The notes beneath the pieces were generated by a model. It was not told where the DNA came from, did no database searches, and was given only the letters and a program-made list of their open reading frames with translations. A program made the translations under genes and the position numbers. DNA of 64,000 bases. It comes from Guillardia theta CCMP2712. Taxonomy: Eukaryota > Protista > Cryptophyta. Shown piece after piece: positions 19,926 through 30,130 of this stretch (the first letter of the stretch is position 1; each line of letters starts with the position of its first letter). The stretch covers positions 334,747-398,746 of the forward strand of contig NW_005434620.1 of NCBI RefSeq assembly GCF_000315625.1, read 5' to 3'.

Positions 19926-20316
19926 AGCAATTTCACCATTTCGCTTGTAATGTTTCCATTTAGTCAGTTTAACTTATTTGTATCATGAGAGGGCTTACAT
20001 GCTGTTCATTTCATTGTGTTATCAAAATTCAGTTGTTAAGTTGTGGAGCCTTACCATTTTGGATCATTTCTAAGCTTCCAATCAGCGTGTGCTTGATGTC
20101 ATCAATTTGTGCCTCAAATGTCAAATGTTGTTTTAACTGCCTCTCAACCTGCATACTTGTCCAATCTCCAAAATTTCAGATAACTATTCAAAAATGTTGT
20201 CTATGGACTATTGGATCGTCATACTTTCAATGGAAAATGAAGAAATAGGCATGGCTGGTGTCTCAGGCAACTTGGTGAAAAAATGAACAGATTTACAAGA
20301 AATTTCACAGGCTGTC

Positions 20317-21660
20317 CTATTCATCATTGTTGTCGCACATCTCGTCCGATTCTAACCCCCGGAAGCCAATTCTGAATTCGCAGATACCTGCATCGAATAT
20401 CAGCGATGCTCGATTTCTCCCGATAGTGAAGACCTGGAGGTGCCCACGGAGACCACAAAAGTTTTGCCTGAGAGGAGGGTCTGAATCATTCAATTGCAGA
20501 AAGAAAGTTAAAGAATACCCTTCTGCTGCCTGACCTAATTGATCCTGCGGAATATTTATCTGCTTTCAGTGCCTGAAATGAAGGGGCTATGTCTGGATTG
20601 CCCTCCTCCTCGACTTCATCAATCAGATAATCATCATTCATCGTAGGCCTTAGCAAAATCAATCTGGCGTTGACACCTTGTGACCATGTCAATCCCAGAG
20701 CGGCTTGCTTCGTTTGTTTGCGCTTTGTATATGAGCTGTCCTCATTCGGGGAGAAGGAATCTGTTACTTGATTCGCAGTTACAACTGCACAATTGAATCT
20801 GGAGTAGCAGGGAATGTCAATCAATCGTGGATAAAATGGAGAATCTGCATACCGAGATGATAGATGCTTCAACAATCGTGACGTCTTGATCAAAAACTCT
20901 GATCTCGAGGCGCTCTCCTGGCAACCCTGATACGCCTCATCCCCCCGCAGAGGGGCTGCGATGGAATCAATGACAACGAGTCCTGGCGAGTGCTGCTCTA
21001 GCAATCGAGGGAGCCTGCTTTCAATGACATGCTCCAGTTCTGCTGGCGTATGCGCCTTCTCAATGAATATGTTTTCGCAAGGATGTGCCCCATTCCACTG
21101 GGAGAACAACTCATCTTTGTAGAATGCTGCAATTTGTTGTAACCGCTTCATGGGCGGCTCCCCTTCTGTGCAAACATAGACAGCCTTTCTACCGAGACCT
21201 CCTTGCCCCTGTGGAAACTGGCAGCGAACCATCAAGTGTAGCAGGAGCTGCGTCTTTCCCGCTCCAGCTTCCCCACAGACTTCTGTCACACTGCAAAGAC
21301 ATGTCAGAGTCGGCGAGCAGTGCCTCTGCTTCAAAACCTTCTACACAAGAAGCCCCCTCGTAGGAGGCGATCAATGGAAGGGACGCCTGCGGACATTGAG
21401 GAGAAATAAGCATGAAACTTTCGCATACCAGTCCTCAGGATCGTCTGGCCTTGCTTCAGAAGGGATAAGCCTGTAGTTGGTTGTGGGACAATATCTTTCT
21501 CTGCTGTCATGTTCTGCAGTAAATCCATCGATTCTTGGAAGACCCCCAAACCAGCATATAAGACTTTCGACCTCAGTTCTGGAACCAGTATGTCAATTCA
21601 AGCTGTTACCAACTTTCCAACCGGCATCGATGCAAACCGTTTGACTTTTGATTTCATTCA
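20317..21660 (-). CDS. XRCC3: XRCC3-like RAD51 paralog, multi-exon (start approximate)
   Basis: GVPSIDRLLRGG; Walker A VTEVCGEAGAGKTQL; GGLGRKAVYVCTEG; Walker B LVVIDSIAA; VVTANQVTD; AALGLTWSQGVNARL. Confidence 0.85.
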
Positions 21661-22370
21661 GAATCATTCACATATAATGACTAGTTTTGTCTTGCACTGT
21701 CCTTCTTAGGCTCCTGATTCTACTCCTCTGACACTCATCTATGACATAGATAACAGACCATCGTTCTGAATCTTTTCGTGATGATTCCGTACACCCTAGA
21801 CCAGGTGAGCTTCTCCTGCTTCCACAATCTTAATTTTTCTTCCCCGTGACCCTCTCCCTTCCAACCCTGCTCTTTATCCCTCTCCTGTCTCCTCCTGCTG
21901 CCCCCCCCCCCCCCACCACCACCACCACCACCACCAACACACACACTTTCTGTCGCCTTCGCCTCTACCTACTCCCCCATTCTGCCATCGAACTGCCCGC
22001 CCTCTCGCCACTTGCGACAAGAGTCTGATGGGAAATCGATTAAAATCAAAAATCAGAGTTGAAAATCGAATCGGTGTGGTTGAAACCAATTGAGGCGAGC
22101 TTGCTATTGTATTTGATTAAAATTGAGGATTGGGCACGAGCTACCCCTCTCAGTCCAAAGGGTAGAGGTGCAAGGACGGGTGGTAGGTGAAAAAGAGGTG
22201 GTCGGGGTGTAGTGATCTGAGATGTTGGTACATTTCTAGGGTATTCTTGTCAGTTAAATAGGGGGTAGTAAATGCATTGCTACTACAAGGGTGGTACGAA
22301 CTGGTGGGGTGGAGGTGGTTGGAGCATACCACACATCAAAGAGGGTGGGTGGTCGGCCTTTCAAGGCGCC

Positions 22371-24275
22371 ATGCGGGGCAAGTTTGTGGCGGTGCTGCTT
22401 GTCGGGATGGTGATGAGCGAGCCGAGGAGGGTAATACTGAGGAGGTATGAGGAGAGCCTTCAGATCTCAGGCTCGGCGTTAAGTCTCGTAGGAGGAGTCG
22501 AAACTCTGCTGTTGGACGAAGGGGAGAAGTTTGATGTGGAATACGTGAATCAACTCCACGAGAACACTATTGTGCATGCTCATGGCTTGAATCCAGCTTC
22601 ATACAAGACAGGTCAGGACGGCTTTCCACTTGTAGAGGACTGGCTGATACCAGCTGATCGTGCAAAGCATGTAGTTTTCGACATCAATCAAACTGGTACC
22701 TTTTTCATGCATTCGCACTACGGAATGCAGCACGCCAAAGGCCTTGCCCTCCCGATCATCATCAGGGAAAGGAATTTCCCCTCCTCGTTGGGTATTGTAC
22801 ATGGCCATTTGAATGATGCTGAGGATTTCATCTTAATGTTGGAGGACTGGTGTCCTTACACGATGATGAGAACGTCGGACGAAAAGTGCTCTCTGAATTC
22901 GCCAGATTCCGCACTCGCACAAATGAAGCTTATGTGGACAAGCGTTCCGAAGCTCATTCAAGCTTCTTTTCAGACATGTGAGGCTCCAGTTGATGAGTCG
23001 CATGTGAAGTACGAGAGACACACGATCAACAGGAAGCAGGAGTTCCAAACAGAAATGTCAACTGCCGAGACCTATGCAAGGTTGCGTCTGATAAATGGAG
23101 GATCAATGACCAATTATCGAATTCATTGTCCAAAAGGGTCGAAGATCGTTCAAGTGGATGGAAACTGGGTTGTTCCATACAGTTGCGACAAGCTCTGGAT
23201 CTCCGTAGGTCAAAGATATGACTTGCTAGTCCAAAAGTCCACAGAAATTACCCTCCTTGCTATTGCAGAATCCTTCAATCGCGTTCCAAACATGAACGAC
23301 GTAGCTATATTTCGAGCTCTCTTTGCAAATTCGACGTCTCCTCGCACGTCTCTTCCACTTGCTCTGAATGCGACTGGTCGTGCTGACGATGAACTCGACT
23401 TCCGTCTTCGCCGCGTGCAGGAAGCTCCCATGGACTACTCGGGCGCAGAGAACATTTCCATTCGGCTAAGTGGGAAGCATGGCTACATGTCAATCAATGG
23501 CTCCAGCCTCATACCTCCAGGACCTTCCGATCCAGATTTTACGTGCGTTGGAGAACCGCGAATCTTCAGGCTTCAAAGGGGAAAGAAGTATTGTTTCACA
23601 CTTGTCAACTCGAATGGTGATTCGCATTCCTTTCACATGCATGGACATGACTTTGTGACACTTGAGACAAGTGACGGTGAGATTCCTTACATGCACGGCC
23701 TAAATTCCCCAGTTTTTCGTGACACGGTGCTTGTTCCTGGGGGAAATTGTGCTCGGAGAAAGATCTGCTTTGAAGCAAGCAATCCTGGAGGTGGAGTTTG
23801 GCCATTTCATTGTCACATGTCCTTTCATTTGTCAGCTGGAATGCTGCTTTTGCTGGCGTATGAAGACAGTGTAAAAAGTGACACGAACCTCATCGATGTG
23901 TGTAATCACAAATCGATTCAGTTTTGGAACAAAGCGAAGCCATATTTTGCCGGTGGGTTACTTGCCATGATTTTCTTGTTCAGTGTCTACCTTGCATTCC
24001 AAAGGAAAGGTGAGAGGGAAACCTTGTATGTAGGATTGAACGAGGGTGGCAGAATAGCAAAAGGTCAGTTTCGTCTGTACTACTTTCCCCTCCTCAACGT
24101 TTATTGTTCTGTGCGTTTGCAGGAAGGAAGAATTCAAGGCATCGAAAACCGAACAAGCCTCACGGTATATACAGCTTCAAGATGTCTCTTGCCCTTCGTT
24201 GACTTGATGCCGAGCAGAAGTTTTCACTGGTCAGAAGAGCAACCAGTCACAGAAGTCAAGGGAGGAGCGAGATGA
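22371..24275 (+). CDS. Three-domain multicopper oxidase (laccase/ferroxidase-like) with signal peptide and C-terminal TM helix
   Basis: All four Cu motifs present: IVHAHGL, FMHSHYG, HSFHMHGH, WPFHCHMSFHLSAGM. N-terminal signal MRGKFVAVLLVGMVMS. TM YFAGGLLAMIFLFSVYLAF. Probable single intron at ~24064-24122, so the true stop may differ. Confidence 0.92.
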   Translation: MRGKFVAVLLVGMVMSEPRRVILRRYEESLQISGSALSLVGGVETLLLDEGEKFDVEYVNQLHENTIVHAHGLNPASYKTGQDGFPLVEDWLIPADRAKHVVFDINQTGTFFMHSHYGMQHAKGLALPIIIRERNFPSSLGIVHGHLNDAEDFILMLEDWCPYTMMRTSDEKCSLNSPDSALAQMKLMWTSVPKLIQASFQTCEAPVDESHVKYERHTINRKQEFQTEMSTAETYARLRLINGGSMTNYRIHCPKGSKIVQVDGNWVVPYSCDKLWISVGQRYDLLVQKSTEITLLAIAESFNRVPNMNDVAIFRALFANSTSPRTSLPLALNATGRADDELDFRLRRVQEAPMDYSGAENISIRLSGKHGYMSINGSSLIPPGPSDPDFTCVGEPRIFRLQRGKKYCFTLVNSNGDSHSFHMHGHDFVTLETSDGEIPYMHGLNSPVFRDTVLVPGGNCARRKICFEASNPGGGVWPFHCHMSFHLSAGMLLLLAYEDSVKSDTNLIDVCNHKSIQFWNKAKPYFAGGLLAMIFLFSVYLAFQRKGERETLYVGLNEGGRIAKGQFRLYYFPLLNVYCSVRLQEGRIQGIENRTSLTVYTASRCLLPFVDLMPSRSFHWSEEQPVTEVKGGAR

Positions 24276-24718
24276 ACTGATAACAGGCCATCTGCCTGGG
24301 TTGCGCTCAATGGTTTGATTGAGCATTGTTTTTCGAGACAAATTTTGTTGCCGATCATTTCAGCAAGTGATGCGAAGTGGTCTCTCGATTTCTAGCTTCT
24401 TTGCAACTGTATATAATTCTTTTGGCTGCTCACTGTCAGCGAGCTACAGGATCGGATGCCAGGCTCGAGTAGCAGCCAGTTGATGTTGGATAGTAATCAC
24501 AGTGATTGTCAGTGAACAATGAGTGCAATGTGGTTTGATGTTGAACGAGTACTGGGATTTTTGTTGTAAAAAGGAACGGTGCTCATTACACGGACAGAGC
24601 CCCTTCGACCCGCACGTTTCCTTTACTCCTACATCGTTATCCTACACTACTGTACTCCGTCATCCCTCGTCTTGCCCATGCAGTGCACCCTCCCCCCCCT
24701 CCCCTCCCCAGGTGCTCC

Positions 24719-25155
24719 TCACGACAGCCCCGCGTCCCCGCTGGCCGACATGTACCACGCGATCCACTCCGGCTCTAGCCCCGACCCCTCCTCCTCTCCC
24801 TCTCCGCCTTCTCCGCCCGCGACCCGCTCCGTCCTCGGCTTGTGCTGGGTGCGCCGGCGCCAGCTCCGGGACGCCTTGCGCTCGTACGGCCAGCGGGCGA
24901 TGCCCAGGCGTCGGCGGGCGGTCTTGAACGCCGTCAGAGATAGCCCCTGCAGACAAGTAAGCGAGCTGCCGCCTCGCTCGGGACACACAGGAGGGGAGGG
25001 GGGAATACCAGGGAGGCGGCGGCCTGGGTCTGAGGGAGGTGGAAGAGGGCTTGAACGACGGAGGGCTTGAGGTTGACGCCTCGGCTGCCCTTGTAGACGA
25101 TGAGGGCTCCGTTGAGAGCTTTTCTTCGCGGGTAGACGCAGACGTGGGAGGTCAT
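24719..25155 (-). CDS. RWP-RK domain transcription factor, copy 1 (exons 25155-25009, 24946-24719)
   Basis: Spliced product MTSHVCVYPRRKAL...VQALFHLPQTQAAASL|GLSLTAFKTARRRLGIARWPYERK...WIAWYMS; 62-nt GT-AG intron. Confidence 0.85.
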
Positions 25156-25899
25156 GGCAGGAGGAGGAGGAGGAGGAGGGTAGGGAAGTTGCTGTGTTGT
25201 TGACCGAGGAAGCCACTACCGAACTTGTACCGACTTTTCCCCAAGATCTATCAACCCACCCCCTCGAACGCCTAAAAAGGAAGGGTTCGAAGAAATACGT
25301 CCCTGCGCGGTCAGAACTGTCGTGACTCGCGAAAAGAGTGACTGGAACGACCCGAGTTGCGTTGGACGCGGTGACGTTTAAATCCCCTGAATGGTCTCGA
25401 GCTAGTGGCCCAGACACTTCACGCCTACAATAAAAGAGGCATGGCAGGCGGTACTGGCTTCATGGTTGACCGAAGATATATTTCCTCTGTGGCACCGGCG
25501 GGGTCATCAAAACATCACCGCGAGCATCTCTGTCCCTTTCCGTGCGGACAACGAGTAGGACCCCCACCTCACCCCCTCAGGCTCTCGAACGGAAAAAAAA
25601 GTTTATCAAGAAGTTACTCCAAACCATGTCACCCCAGTCGCATATCCTGATGACCCCCAGCTCCCTGTCTCCGCGTTGATGAGGGGTTGTTTGATCCATG
25701 GGAAGAGAGATACCCCCGAGAGAAGAAGAAGATTCCTCGGTCAACAAACAACAGCAAATCCTCTGCTCTCCTCCTCATCCTCCCGGGTGGGGATGGGGTG
25801 GGTTATTGATTGAGGAAGTAGGTGGGGTAGTGGGAGCTTCCTCATCGGTCAACAACCAAGCAACTTCCGTACTGCCCTCCTCCTCCTCCTCCTCCTGCC

Positions 25900-26300
25900 A
25901 TGACCTCCCACGTCCGCGTCTACCCGCGAAGAAAAGCTCTCAACGGAGCCCTCATCGTCTACAAGGGCAGCCTCTTCCACCTCCCTCAGACCCAGGCCGC
26001 CGCCTCCCTGGTATTCCCCCCTCCCCTCCTGTGTGTCCCGAGCGAGGCGGCAGCTCGCTTACTTGTCTGCAGGGGCTGTCTCTGACGGCGTTCAAGACCG
26101 CCCGCCGACGCCTGGGCATCGCCCGCTGGCCGTACGAGCGCAAGGCGTCCCGGAGCCGGCGCCGGCGCACCCAGCACAAGCCGAGGGCGGAGCGGGTCGC
26201 GGCCGGACAAGGCGGAGAGGGAGAGGAGGAGGGGTCGGGGCTAGAGCCGGAGTGGATCGCGTGGTACATGTCGGCCAGTGGGGACGCGGGGCTGTCGTGA
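25900..26300 (+). CDS. RWP-RK domain transcription factor, copy 2 (exons 25900-26010, 26073-26300; 36-nt in-frame deletion)
   Basis: Near-identical to copies 1 and 3 but lacks RGVNLKPSVVQA; same 62-nt intron. Confidence 0.8.
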
Positions 26301-26349
26301 GGAGCACCTGGGGGGGGGGGCACTGCACAGAAGTGTAGGATAACGAGGT

Positions 26350-27541
26350 TGGCGTCTGTACAAAACCTGAATGCAAGAACAGGGTGGTTCGAAACAAGGC
26401 ATGATTTGTTCGTATAACCTCTCGAAGAAATTGTTCGTGGTGTATCACTGATGCCAACCCAACTTCAACCACGGCGCGCGTTCGAGGTGTTGACACATAT
26501 GGAAATAAAAGTCATCCCACAGACCCTTCCAACACTGAGTTTATCTTCCATCCAGCCCTTACACTGATCGCACCAACGGACGGACCAGCGGTGGTTCTGG
26601 CGGCACAGTATGTCGCGCTTCCTTTACGAATACTGTGTGATCCTGTTTCATCATTTCAGACTGAGTCACGGTTCTCCATTCACCTTTCACCTCTGAAGTA
26701 TGATCCGCTACATAGATCAACCAATAAATCTCTGCATCTTCAGTAATCACATACTTCTCCGTGAGGCAACACAGATACTGACCTAAAGCCAAGAACGGGC
26801 ATATTTCCGGTTTGGTAGGATTGCAATACACATGTCTTGGATCTCCAGCGCGATGACCTGACTGATCGTTCTTCTAATGAATGATGTAAAATCTCAGAGA
26901 GTCTTCAGAAAAGTCCATATGGTTGTACATCAAAGAAGCTGTGTTACTGGAGCGACTCATTAGATTCCAGCCAAGAATCATGAACGTTCGACCCCAAATG
27001 AACTCTCGGTCTAGCTTGGTCAACATGACCCTGCCCAATATCTGGTAGATACAAAAAGGCAGAGGTCCTTTCCTTGGTCAACTTTGCACTCCTGCCCCTA
27101 GCATTCTGCTTGTTGCATTTTCGTTTCAACCCGACATAATGTCCAGTCAAAGCAAGCTGGAATTGGGATAAACGTTCCACTGGCATGTCATAGCAATGTA
27201 AAATGTACATAAGTGCGGATCTGCAAGAACTGCATGTTTGAAAAGAAAGATCAGGTTTGACTCTCAGGCAGTGTGCTATCCAGAGCATGAAATGCCGCTT
27301 CTGAGCCAAGATATCTCTCAAATATTCTTGAGTAGGTAGTCCGTCTGTAATCTTGGTAATAACGTGGTCGGGCTATGTCCGCCTTCATGTCTGCAGTTAT
27401 CAGGCCCATTTCATCGTCATTTGCAAATAAAAATTGAATGAATCGAACCATGTGACCTCGACACATGACACGGCTGCTTTCAGCGAGAGTGTTATTCAAA
27501 ACAGCTGCTATATCGCGTTCCAGTTCTTCGGTATCTTCCAT
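26350..27541 (-). pseudogene. Degenerate Crypton-type (CryptonS-like) tyrosine recombinase of a DNA transposon
   Basis: Motifs assembled across frames: LNNTLAESSRVMCRGHMVRFIQFL; RSALMY...GLKRK; PLPFCIYQ...FMILGWNLMSRSSNT (26952-26969); H*KNDQSGHRAGDPRHVYCNPTKPEICPFLALGQY; GSHSIRKGSATYC (HSIRKG 26620-26637); GPSVGAISVRAGW (RAGW 26548-26559); GLASVIHHEQFLREVIRTNHALFRTTLF. Several frameshifts, a stop at 26874-26876, and the catalytic Tyr segment is missing. Confidence 0.85.
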
Positions 27542-28181
27542 TCTTAACAGTTCAGCTGTAGCACTTGCCGTCTGCCGACGCCGTATAGTATGGGTAGGTT
27601 GTGATCTTGGTCGCCGGTAATCGCGTTTGATCCCATTGGAATCAGTTGCGAGCAAGAGGGCTCTTGCTCGCATGTATTGGGTTTATCTGGACTCCCGCAA
27701 TATTACATGAAAATAGCGTCGTCATTTCCCGCATTGTCCGTACAGGGCGTGTAGAGATATGTTCTTGGTTGATTTTACATTGTAATATTTGCTGAAACAA
27801 GCATGATGGGGCTTGAGGTCCCTGACTCCGTGTCGGTTTACTCAAAGTAAGTAACTCACTTACCCTCTCCGGATCACCCTACCCTGCACCCTACCGGACG
27901 CAGAAAGGTCTCGGGTTGATGACTCCACCTGGCACCTATAAGGCCTTTAAGGGCTGATGTCCGAGATTACCTGGAGTCGCAGATGCCCCTCTGCCCTTCC
28001 GAGCGGACAACACAGAGTCGGTACCCCACCCTACTCCCTTTGCCTGTTTTTTCTGACCCCGTGGCCCAGTCGCATCTGCTCAGTACCGGTCATTGTGGAG
28101 TTCCACCAAGGGACGGGTGGCTGGAGGCCTCGGTGGGACGGTAGGTGGGGTAGTGGGGGCTTTCTCGGTCCTCCTCCTGCC

Positions 28182-28621
28182 ATGACCTCCCACGTCCGCG
28201 TCTACCCGCGAAGAAAAGCTCTCAATGGAGCCCTCCTCGTCTACAAGGGCAGCCGAGGCGTCAACCTCAAGCCCTCCGTCGTCCAAGCCCTCTTCCACCT
28301 CCCTCAGACCCAGGCCGCCGCCTCCCTGGTATTCCCCCCTCCCCTCCTGTGTGTCCCGAGCGAGGCGGCAGCTCGCTTACTTGCCTGCAGGGGCTGTCTC
28401 TGACGGCGTTCAAGACCGCCCGCCGACGCCTGGGCATCGCCCGCTGGCCGTACGAGCGCAAGGCGTCCCGGAGCCGGCGCCGGCGCACCCAGCACAAGCC
28501 GAGGGCGGAGCGGGTCGCGGCTGGACAAGGCGGAGAGGGAGAGGAGGAGGGGTCGGGGCTAGAGCCGGAGTGGATCGCGTGGTACATGTCGGCCAGTGGG
28601 GACGCGGGGCTGAGTACATAG
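28182..28621 (+). CDS. RWP-RK domain transcription factor, copy 3 (exons 28182-28328, 28391-28621)
   Basis: Full-length spliced ORF nearly identical to copy 1; homology ends at ~28612 (ends GLST*). Confidence 0.85.
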
Positions 28622-29009
28622 ACACTTTCATGTGCCAGTCACGGCAGAGTTAATGTAGATAAGATATGATCAGTTCCAGCGAAGCAATTCCAACAAAGAG
28701 ATCGAGTAGATATCTCAAAGTGCTTTAGATAGCACGCATGGGAGCTTAAGAATGACCAAGTGGAAAGCTTAGAAGTGAGATTAAACTTTATGTTCACAAG
28801 AAGACGAAGACAGCGCATGCTGCTTTCCCCCAAAAAGGATTTCGTCGGTTGACCCAGTTAAACTGCTCTTCCGAGTTCGCACCTCGGACTTGGGACACAG
28901 ACTGAGACTGAGAGAGGAGCGAAAGAGGGAGAGGAGGGAGAGGGAGAGGAGGAAGAGGAAATCTCCGAGGGAGAGGAAATCTCTGGGAGAGGAAATCTCC
29001 AGGCTCAGA

Positions 29010-29357
29010 GAATAGGAGGGGGAGAGAGAGGTACTCGGAAAGAGAGTCAGTCACCAAGGAGAGTAGGAGGGAGAGAGAGAGGTACTCGGAAAGAGTCAGT
29101 CACCTTGGAGAGTAGGAGGGAGAGAGAGAGGTACTCGGAAAGAGTCAGACACCTTGGAGAGTAGGAGGGAGAGAGAGAGGTACTCGGAAAGAGTCAGACA
29201 CCTTGGAGAGTAGGAGGGAGAGAGAGAGGTACTCGGAAAGAGTCAGACACCTTGGAGAGTAGGAGGGAGAGAGAGAGGTACTCGGAAAGAGTCCGATCAG
29301 TCACCTTGGAGAGTAGGAGGGAGAGAGAGAGGTACTCGGAAAGAGAGTCAGTCACCT
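29010..29357. repeat. 49-bp minisatellite, about 7 copies (CACCTTGGAGAGTAGGAGGGAGAGAGAGAGGTACTCGGAAAGAGTCAGA)
   Basis: Unit starts at 29101, 29150, 29199 and 29248, with slightly variant terminal copies. Confidence 0.95.
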
Positions 29358-29555
29358 TCAACTGCGCGGTCCGATCCTCAGCAGCCTGTTCTCAGTTCGT
29401 CATCCCCGATGTTAAGTTAATATATCAGTCAAACGAGGGGACAGCAAAAGTCAATAAGTAGAGTATGTAGGTTGGTACTTTGATGAGTAAAAATGATTGT
29501 ACTGAAGATCATGGGGCCGGCACGTCCGCATGCATGGAGGCGGTGTGAAGGAGAA

Positions 29556-29648
29556 GAGGAGGAGCAGGAGGAGCAGGAGGAGCAGGAGGAGCAGGAGGAG
29601 CAGGAGGAGCAGGAGGAGCACGAGAAGAAGGAGGAGCAGGAGGAGCAG
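29556..29648. repeat. (AGGAGGAGC)n 9-bp repeat
   Basis: Directly visible. Confidence 0.9.
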
Positions 29649-30130
29649 TAGGTTATGAGAAGTTTGAAGGTAGGAAAGCGGGATAGGAAGGTGAATGGGG
29701 AAGAAGGAAGGGCTAAATGGGATCAGTAGAGGAGGGGACAATGATAGGAAGGAAGATGCATGGTGATTCAAGAAAAGGGAAGAGTAGGAGAACACGACAA
29801 GAAGCACGAAAGGACTGGACGAGGTTATGCATTTACGTCGCAGAGTGAGTGGGGACGGATGCGGATATGAAACGGAGCGGAAGGAATCAGATTCTCAGCG
29901 CAAAGATCATCGTAGACATTCCCTTAGAGCTGGGCCGACACGTGCTCTTGTCTAAGACGACATGTTCGCAGGGGTGATGATACTAGCGTGATTTGAAGAA
30001 GAAGCTTGCTATTGTCATTTTCAGCCCGTCGCTCTCAGGCTGGGCCTGCAAATGGGATCAGGCGCCTGAGTCGAGGCTCCTGACTGTTGAGAGCCAACCC
30101 TGAGGCCACTGATCTGACAACACCAAGGCG

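Noticed and set aside
19985-20248. 87-aa plus-strand ORF
   Set aside because: AT-rich, no motif and atypical composition; not supportable as a gene.
6748-21660. Functional DNA-repair cluster (RFWD3 and XRCC3)
   Set aside because: Separated by four or more unrelated genes; proximity is plausibly chance.
25840-28612. LTR pair of a retrotransposon or DIRS terminal repeats
   Set aside because: The direct repeats are intron-containing RWP-RK genes, there are no evident TG..CA ends, and no RT/RNase H/gag motifs lie between them.
29010-29357. CRISPR array or telomere-like repeat
   Set aside because: Units are head-to-tail with no unique spacers, there are no cas genes, the context is eukaryotic, and the unit is not a simple telomeric motif.
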